Positions 29,851 to 35,473 of a stretch of DNA of 35,473 bases are shown here, in pieces. Location of the stretch: contig DAOVTY010000001.1 of NCBI GenBank assembly GCA_030632865.1, forward strand, positions 1 to 35,473. Direction: 5' to 3'. This stretch comes from Bacteroidota bacterium (GTDB taxonomy: Bacteria; Bacteroidota; Bacteroidia; Bacteroidales; Prolixibacteraceae). A program made the position numbers and the translations under genes. The notes beneath the pieces were generated by a model. It saw only the letters and a program-made list of their open reading frames with translations. It was not told the origin of the DNA and ran no database searches. Numbering within the stretch: the stretch's first letter is position 1; each line of letters starts with the position of its first letter.

Positions 29851-30909
29851 ATGCAAAAATTACGCAACTCAATAATTTCCCGTATTCTCAGTCATATCCT
29901 TTTTTGGATGGTGGCATATTTTTTCTTTGTTGTTTTTTACGGACGTGCAAATCGCGAATATTCGGATACAATAATTTTTGCATCAATGTTATTTCCTCTA
30001 TCAATTGCAACTACTTATTTTATAAACTACTATTTAATTCCGCGATATCTTTTCACAAAAAAATATTCAAAATTTATTCTTTTATCATTTTACACATTTG
30101 TTATTTCAATATGGCTCGAATTAATAATTACTCTATCTATTTTTGTTTTTATCAGTAATTATCAGATGTATAAAATGGATCCGTCGTCATTCGATGCAGT
30201 ACTATTATTTGTAGGTCTTTACTTCATTATAATTGTGGCAACCGCAATAAAATTAGTACGGCATTCTTTTCAAATACAAAAGAAAAACAGAGAGCTAGAC
30301 AACCTAAAACTAGAGACAGAACTAAAGCTAAAAGAAGCCGAGTTGAAATTATTAAAAGCGCAAATTCACCCACATTTTCTTTTTAATACACTCAATAATT
30401 TATATGGGTTAACACTCGAAAAATCGAACAAAGCACCCGATTTGGTTTTGAGGCTTTCAGAAATTCTCGACTACATTTTATATCGTTGTAATGAAAAACG
30501 GGTGTCGCTTTCGGAAGAAATACATAATCTTAAAAATTATATAGAGATTGAGAAAATTAGATACTCAGAAAAATTAAACCTGGAGCTTAATTTTCCGGAG
30601 AATACAAATAATTTAAGTATTGCTCCATTAATTATTTTGCCATTTGTAGAGAATGCTTTTAAACATGGAGTAAGCAATTATCCAGGAATTGCAACCGTGA
30701 AAATTAAAATTTTGCTGACTGGAAATAATCTGATCTTCAATATTGAAAATACAAAGAATCCAAATATAAAAAAGGATAAAAACTACTCGAAAGGAATTGG
30801 CTTAAATAACGTAAAACAACGATTGAATTTAATGTATCCCGAAAAATACATTCTTTCTATTAACAATTATGCTGAAACTTTTTTGGTAAATTTAACTCTG
30901 CAATTATAG
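29851..30909 (+). CDS. LytS/YehU-type sensor histidine kinase
   Basis: Four TM segments, LKAQIHPHFLFNTLNN, PFVENAFKHG and GIGLNNVKQRL. Start moved to ATG 29851. Confidence 0.9.
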   Translation: MQKLRNSIISRILSHILFWMVAYFFFVVFYGRANREYSDTIIFASMLFPLSIATTYFINYYLIPRYLFTKKYSKFILLSFYTFVISIWLELIITLSIFVFISNYQMYKMDPSSFDAVLLFVGLYFIIIVATAIKLVRHSFQIQKKNRELDNLKLETELKLKEAELKLLKAQIHPHFLFNTLNNLYGLTLEKSNKAPDLVLRLSEILDYILYRCNEKRVSLSEEIHNLKNYIEIEKIRYSEKLNLELNFPENTNNLSIAPLIILPFVENAFKHGVSNYPGIATVKIKILLTGNNLIFNIENTKNPNIKKDKNYSKGIGLNNVKQRLNLMYPEKYILSINNYAETFLVNLTLQL

Positions 30910-30918
30910 AATTAAAAT

Positions 30919-31629
30919 ATGTACAAATGCATTATTATAGACGATGAACCAATTGCAATAAGAATAATTCGAAAGCACCTTTCGGCGTTTACTGATTTCG
31001 AAATTATAGCCGAATGTGGAAATGCACTTGAAGCGATGTCAATTATTTCGAAAGAAAAAATAGATTTAATATTTTGCGATATTCAGATGCCACAAATTAC
31101 GGGAGTAGATTTTGTACGTTCGCTGGCACACCCGCCGAAAGTTATATTTACAACCGCGTATCGCGATTATGCTGTTGATGCTTTTGAATTAAATGTTGTT
31201 GATTATCTTCTAAAACCAATTTCGTTTGAGCGATTTACAAAAGCAATTAATAATTATTTGGAACAAAGTGTAATTAAAAACAATAACCAGGATATTGCTG
31301 ACCCAATTTCTAAACAACGCGATTTCATCTTTTTGAAAGCAGATAAAAAGCACCATAAAATAAATTTATCAGATATTCTCTATTTTGAAAGTTTAGGAGA
31401 TTACGTAATTGTATTTACAATCGAAAAAAAGATAGTTACCAAAGAACGAATCAGTAATCTTGCTGAAAGCTTATCAGAAAAAAACTTTATACAAATTCAT
31501 AGAAGTTATATTGTTTCCATTCCTAAAATAGAATCTATAGGAGCTGGATTTGTTGAAATTAACAAGAAGAAATTACCGGTTGGAAGAAACTATAAATCTG
31601 AATTAAATAAGTTAATACAGAAAAAATAA
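30919..31629 (+). CDS. LytTR-family response regulator
   Basis: IIIDDEP, DIQMP, FTTAY, DYLLKP and FIQIHRSYIV. Confidence 0.93.
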   Translation: MYKCIIIDDEPIAIRIIRKHLSAFTDFEIIAECGNALEAMSIISKEKIDLIFCDIQMPQITGVDFVRSLAHPPKVIFTTAYRDYAVDAFELNVVDYLLKPISFERFTKAINNYLEQSVIKNNNQDIADPISKQRDFIFLKADKKHHKINLSDILYFESLGDYVIVFTIEKKIVTKERISNLAESLSEKNFIQIHRSYIVSIPKIESIGAGFVEINKKKLPVGRNYKSELNKLIQKK

Positions 31630-31839
31630 GAGGGTAGATATGCAATTAAATTCATACAACAGATTAAAGTAATTTATTTGTGCTTGGTTGAAACTAGATA
31701 GCCTTCTTTTTATTAGGTTACTGCATGTATGTGCATAGTTTGTAATTTTGAACAAAAGTAATTGTATTTTGAATTTTCGTATTACATCAGAACAATTAAA
31801 CTTTTCTTTTAAATAACTGTTTTTGTATATTTAAACTTC

Positions 31840-32703
31840 ATGAAAGACATAAATAAATATATTTCACGCGAAGGCTGGCTCTCTATTATTGGAAATATTT
31901 TCTTGTTTGTTTTAAAATATTGGGCAGGTATTGTAACGGGCTCCATTGCTTTAATTGCCGATGCATGGCACACTCTTTCCGATTCTGTTTCGTCGGTTAT
32001 TGTATTAATTGGTGGAAAGATTTCGCAGAAACCAGCCGATGAAGAACACCCGTTTGGACATGGTAGAGCAGAACATATTGCAGCAATTATTATAGGAGTT
32101 TTGCTTGCTATTGTTGCATTCGATTTTATTGTTAGTTCAATAGAAAAATTTGGCACACACGAGAAAACAGTTTTTGGAACTATCGCATGGATAGTAACTA
32201 TTGTTTCCATTTTGGTAAAAGAGGGAATGGCACAATATGCATTTTGGGCAGCAAAAAAAGCCAACTCCTCAATTTTAAGAGCCGACGGTTGGCATCATCG
32301 CACCGATGCACTTTCGTCGGTGGTAATTTTAATTGGGATTGCTGTTGGCAAATATTTTTGGTGGACCGATGCCGTGTTAGGATTTATAGTGGCAATAATG
32401 ATAGGATACGCCAGTTTTGAAATTCTTTCGAAAGAGATAAAATCGCTATTGGGTGAGCGACCTTCCGACGATCTTCTACTTTCAATTCGAGAAACTGCAC
32501 AAAAAGCCTGTAAAACAAAGTTGCATATACATCATATTCATTTGCACAATTATGGTAACCACACCGAAATGAGTTGCCATATAAAGCTACCGCCGGAAAT
32601 GCAACTTAACGAAGCTCACGAAATTTGCAATACTGTTGAATTGGCTATAAAAGAAAAGTTTGGTTATATCTCAACTATTCATCCGGAGCCGATTGATTGG
32701 TAA
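31840..32703 (+). CDS. Cation diffusion facilitator (FieF-like) transporter
   Basis: ALIADAWHTLSD, HPFGHGRAE, ADGWHHRTD and a C-terminal IHPEP. Confidence 0.93.
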   Translation: MKDINKYISREGWLSIIGNIFLFVLKYWAGIVTGSIALIADAWHTLSDSVSSVIVLIGGKISQKPADEEHPFGHGRAEHIAAIIIGVLLAIVAFDFIVSSIEKFGTHEKTVFGTIAWIVTIVSILVKEGMAQYAFWAAKKANSSILRADGWHHRTDALSSVVILIGIAVGKYFWWTDAVLGFIVAIMIGYASFEILSKEIKSLLGERPSDDLLLSIRETAQKACKTKLHIHHIHLHNYGNHTEMSCHIKLPPEMQLNEAHEICNTVELAIKEKFGYISTIHPEPIDW

Positions 32704-32706
32704 AAT

Positions 32707-33405
32707 CTATGGCAACTCAATAATTTTAATATTTCGAAAATGTATTTCAGCGCCTTCTGATTCAAGACAGATATAACCGTTCTTTTGAGATGCTTTGGAA
32801 ATACCATTTACAAACTTTCCATTTACCGAAAGCTTGATTGTTCCATCAACACAAACAACATCGTAAGTGTTCCACTCCCCTATCCCTTTGCAGCGGTTTT
32901 CTATAGATTTACTTCGTGTACCACGCGGCGTGTCAGGAACAATTTCAACTCCACCAACACCAAAAACTTCGCCATGAACATATGCAATTGGAGGTTTTAC
33001 ACCTTCTTTAATATGTTGTTCAACCCAGTCTAATTCTAGCATCTGAACTTCAACACCATTTGGCAATCTATTTTTTCCAGGCTCAGCATTGCTCCACACA
33101 AAAGTACCCGAATTACCACCGGCTTCCATGTGTCTCCATTCAATGTGCATTAAAAAATTTTCATACTTTTTTTCTGAGCGGATAACACCAATCGGATGGC
33201 CAGAGCATATTAATTGGTTATCAACAATTTTCCATGTTTTTGTCTCGGTATTTACCTGAATCCATTGAATAGATTCGCTTTTTACTTTTTTGTCGAAATT
33301 AACTTTATCAAGACCAACTTCTTTTCCAAATTTGAAAAGTGGCTGTTGTGCGTTGGTAATTCCAATGATAAATATTGAAAGAAAAAAAACAATTATAGTT
33401 TTCAT
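32707..33405 (-). CDS. DUF1080 (3-keto-disaccharide hydrolase-like) exported protein
   Basis: Signal peptide; [11 protein letters not shown]...[18 protein letters not shown] and [17 protein letters not shown]. Confidence 0.88.
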   Translation of the reverse strand: MKTIIVFFLSIFIIGITNAQQPLFKFGKEVGLDKVNFDKKVKSESIQWIQVNTETKTWKIVDNQLICSGHPIGVIRSEKKYENFLMHIEWRHMEAGGNSGTFVWSNAEPGKNRLPNGVEVQMLELDWVEQHIKEGVKPPIAYVHGEVFGVGGVEIVPDTPRGTRSKSIENRCKGIGEWNTYDVVCVDGTIKLSVNGKFVNGISKASQKNGYICLESEGAEIHFRNIKIIELP

Positions 33406-33455
33406 TTTGAATAGCTTTAAATTTTACATTTTAACTCAAACTCGAAACTCACAAA

Positions 33456-34805
33456 TTAAATTGCTTTATTTGCTACTCCTGCTAATCTAATTTGCTCAGG
33501 AATCCCGGGAACCATTCCCATTACATAAACTTTAGGGCCCAAATATAAATCTGAATTTAGCATTTCTTCCCATGTAACATCTCTTCCAGTATATGCCGAA
33601 ATTCTTCCCATAATAGTCATCAACGTTGAATTTACTTGAGCTTCGGCATCGCTAATTGTATTTCCGGTTCTAATTGCAGTCACCAAATTTATATGTTCTT
33701 GTACAAATGGGTTAGTTACTTTCCATTCTGATTCAGAGTCTCCTTCTTCTGGATGAGGATATTTCCAGATTACATTTCCGTGCAAATCAAAAATTTTGCC
33801 GGATGCATCGGCAAATCCTTTTGTTCCGTTTATTTGTTGAACTTTACGGTTTGTGCATCCGTTAATTTGCCTTGCTGCACAATGTGCTCGCACACCATTT
33901 TCATAAACATATTCAATACTAAAAAAATCATACTGGTCACCTGTCACTCTTCGTTGTCGGCCTCCCCAGCCAATTGCACTTTTTGGAACTTTTCCCATGT
34001 GCCAACTCATTGCATCAATTTCGTGAATAAATTGCTCCGTAATATGGTCACCCGAGAGCCATGTAAAATTCACCCAGTTTCGCAACATATATTCCATGTC
34101 AGTCCATTCGGGTTTACGATTTCTGTACCACAATGCACCGCCATTACGAATAATATTAGCACCAACAATTTCACCAATTTCACCATTTGCGACGCGGCGG
34201 TGCGTTTCCATATAATCTTTTTGCACACGTCTAATTGTACCGCTAACCATACACAAACCCAACGACTCTGCTTTTTTAGATGATGCTAAAACAGAACGAG
34301 CACCAACCGGATCTACAGCAACCGGTTTCTCCATAAAAACATGTTTTCTTGCATTTATCGCAGCTTCAACATGCGCAGGACGAAAATGTGGAGGTGTGCA
34401 AAGTATAACCATATCAACTCCCGAATCAATTACTTTTTGATAACTGTCGAAACCTACAAAACAATTTTCATCAGCAATTTCGATGCTCTTTTCCTCTTTT
34501 AACTTAGCACGAAAACTGTCAACTTTATCTTGAAATACATCACCAACAGCAGTTATCTGCAAATTAGGTCCGGCATCTAAAAAATTAACGGCCGCACCGG
34601 TTCCTCGTCCACCGCAACCAATTAATCCAGCTTTTATAACTTTTCCATCAGGTGCCTGATCAAGTAACTCTGGCAATTTAGCTTCTTCTTTTGTCGATTT
34701 TGAGTTGGTGCAAGAACTAATTAAACTGGCGGCACTTATTATACCAGCAGCTCCTAAAGTTGTTTTAGAAAGAAAATTCCTACGATTTAAATCTTCGTTT
34801 TTCAT
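33456..34805 (-). CDS. Gfo/Idh/MocA-family oxidoreductase, Tat lipoprotein
   Basis: NRRNFLS...ISSC signal, GLIGCGGRGTGA, CTPPHFR, EKPVAVD and HEID. Start moved to ATG 34805. Confidence 0.92.
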   Translation of the reverse strand: MKNEDLNRRNFLSKTTLGAAGIISAASLISSCTNSKSTKEEAKLPELLDQAPDGKVIKAGLIGCGGRGTGAAVNFLDAGPNLQITAVGDVFQDKVDSFRAKLKEEKSIEIADENCFVGFDSYQKVIDSGVDMVILCTPPHFRPAHVEAAINARKHVFMEKPVAVDPVGARSVLASSKKAESLGLCMVSGTIRRVQKDYMETHRRVANGEIGEIVGANIIRNGGALWYRNRKPEWTDMEYMLRNWVNFTWLSGDHITEQFIHEIDAMSWHMGKVPKSAIGWGGRQRRVTGDQYDFFSIEYVYENGVRAHCAARQINGCTNRKVQQINGTKGFADASGKIFDLHGNVIWKYPHPEEGDSESEWKVTNPFVQEHINLVTAIRTGNTISDAEAQVNSTLMTIMGRISAYTGRDVTWEEMLNSDLYLGPKVYVMGMVPGIPEQIRLAGVANKAI

Positions 34806-34868
34806 ATATTTATAATTGTTTATTTTCAAAAGTATCATATGGAAATCGCCCATAATCACACCCCTGTG

Positions 34869-34884
34869 TCCGTCAGCTGACGGA
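34869..34884. repeat. Perfect 16-bp palindrome TCCGTCAGCTGACGGA (REP-like)
   Basis: Self-reverse-complementary GC-rich motif in AT-rich intergenic DNA. Confidence 0.6.
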
Positions 34885-35473
34885 TGCTCGTTTCATGAAA
34901 AAATATTTATTAATGAACTTTTAAAGCCTGTTAAATTTACCAAAAAATTTATCAATAAATAGCAATTAAAAATTGAAGTGTTTAAAGTTTAAAATAAATT
35001 TCGAGATTAGAAGATTAATTAATGAATGCCATCAGGCATATTCCCTCATTTTTTGTGCCTCTTTATTTAAAACCAATAATGCTTCTCCGTAGGAATTCAA
35101 ACCTCTGTTAATTTTTAAAATCTGTATTTTTGGATCCGGCTTATCAATCGATTTTGCAAATATTAGAGATTTTTTTTATAATATTACCTGATACAAATAT
35201 TTTATATTTTTCATAATCGCATGAAAATTCTTTGTGAATCGCAAACACAAATTTAAGTCCTGACTTACCAAATTCTATATCATAAAATCTCGATTAAATT
35301 AGATACTTTACCATTTGCCAACTGCTTTCACGAACCTGAGTTTGCGTTAACTAAGCCTGCGCCTAGATTCAAAAATAAAAAATACGCATACAATTATGCG
35401 ATCTCAAAAAAGTAAGAATATATAACAATTTAATAGCGCCTATATATATTACGAAAATAGTTAAAAGGTAATC

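Noticed and set aside
32515-32580. His-rich HIHHIHLHNYGNH segment in the CDF transporter
   Set aside because: Falls in the normal metal-binding C-terminal domain of the family.
33434-33450. ACTCAAACTCGAAACTC micro-repeat between the Gfo and DUF1080 genes
   Set aside because: Too short and degenerate to interpret.
35025-35295. Start-less minus-strand open stretches broken at an A8 run, plus small hairpins (ATGCCATCAGGCAT)
   Set aside because: No start codon and no recognisable protein similarity, so I cannot support a pseudogene or phase-variable gene; BLASTX would settle it.

Overview
AT-rich chromosomal window from a Bacteroidota genome, judged from TAnnTTTG -7 promoters, type IX secretion (T9SS) C-terminal domains, rprXY and purN-acpP-fabF-rnc synteny; a Marinilabiliales/Prolixibacteraceae-like source is my inference. 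Most of it is housekeeping: metG, groEL, secG, an lptE-like gene, a sigma54 activator, kdsB, deoC, lepA, rprXY, purN, acpP, fabF, rnc, LytS/LytTR, a CDF transporter and a DUF1080 + Gfo/Idh/MocA pair. I found no CRISPR array, tRNA/rRNA, transposase or prophage. Features absent from the ORF track or needing interpretation: (1) a candidate sigma54-driven ~140-nt small RNA at ~20265-20404 (-), whose unstructured core is the reverse complement of a Bacteroidota-style translation start (...AACTAAACCAAACTTATGAAAAAA); (2) three sigma54-type promoters near an activator lacking a sensor domain; (3) groEL directly behind its own promoter with no groES; (4) a cargo-less T9SS protein, an OB-fold/PLD secreted enzyme, a TonB receptor and deoC clustered together, possibly for extracellular DNA scavenging; (5) a CpG-poor GIY-YIG/DUF4357 nuclease gene behind metG; (6) an internally deleted aldehyde dehydrogenase pseudogene; (7) REP/MITE-like palindromic elements. 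All family assignments are from motif recognition by eye; no database search was run.
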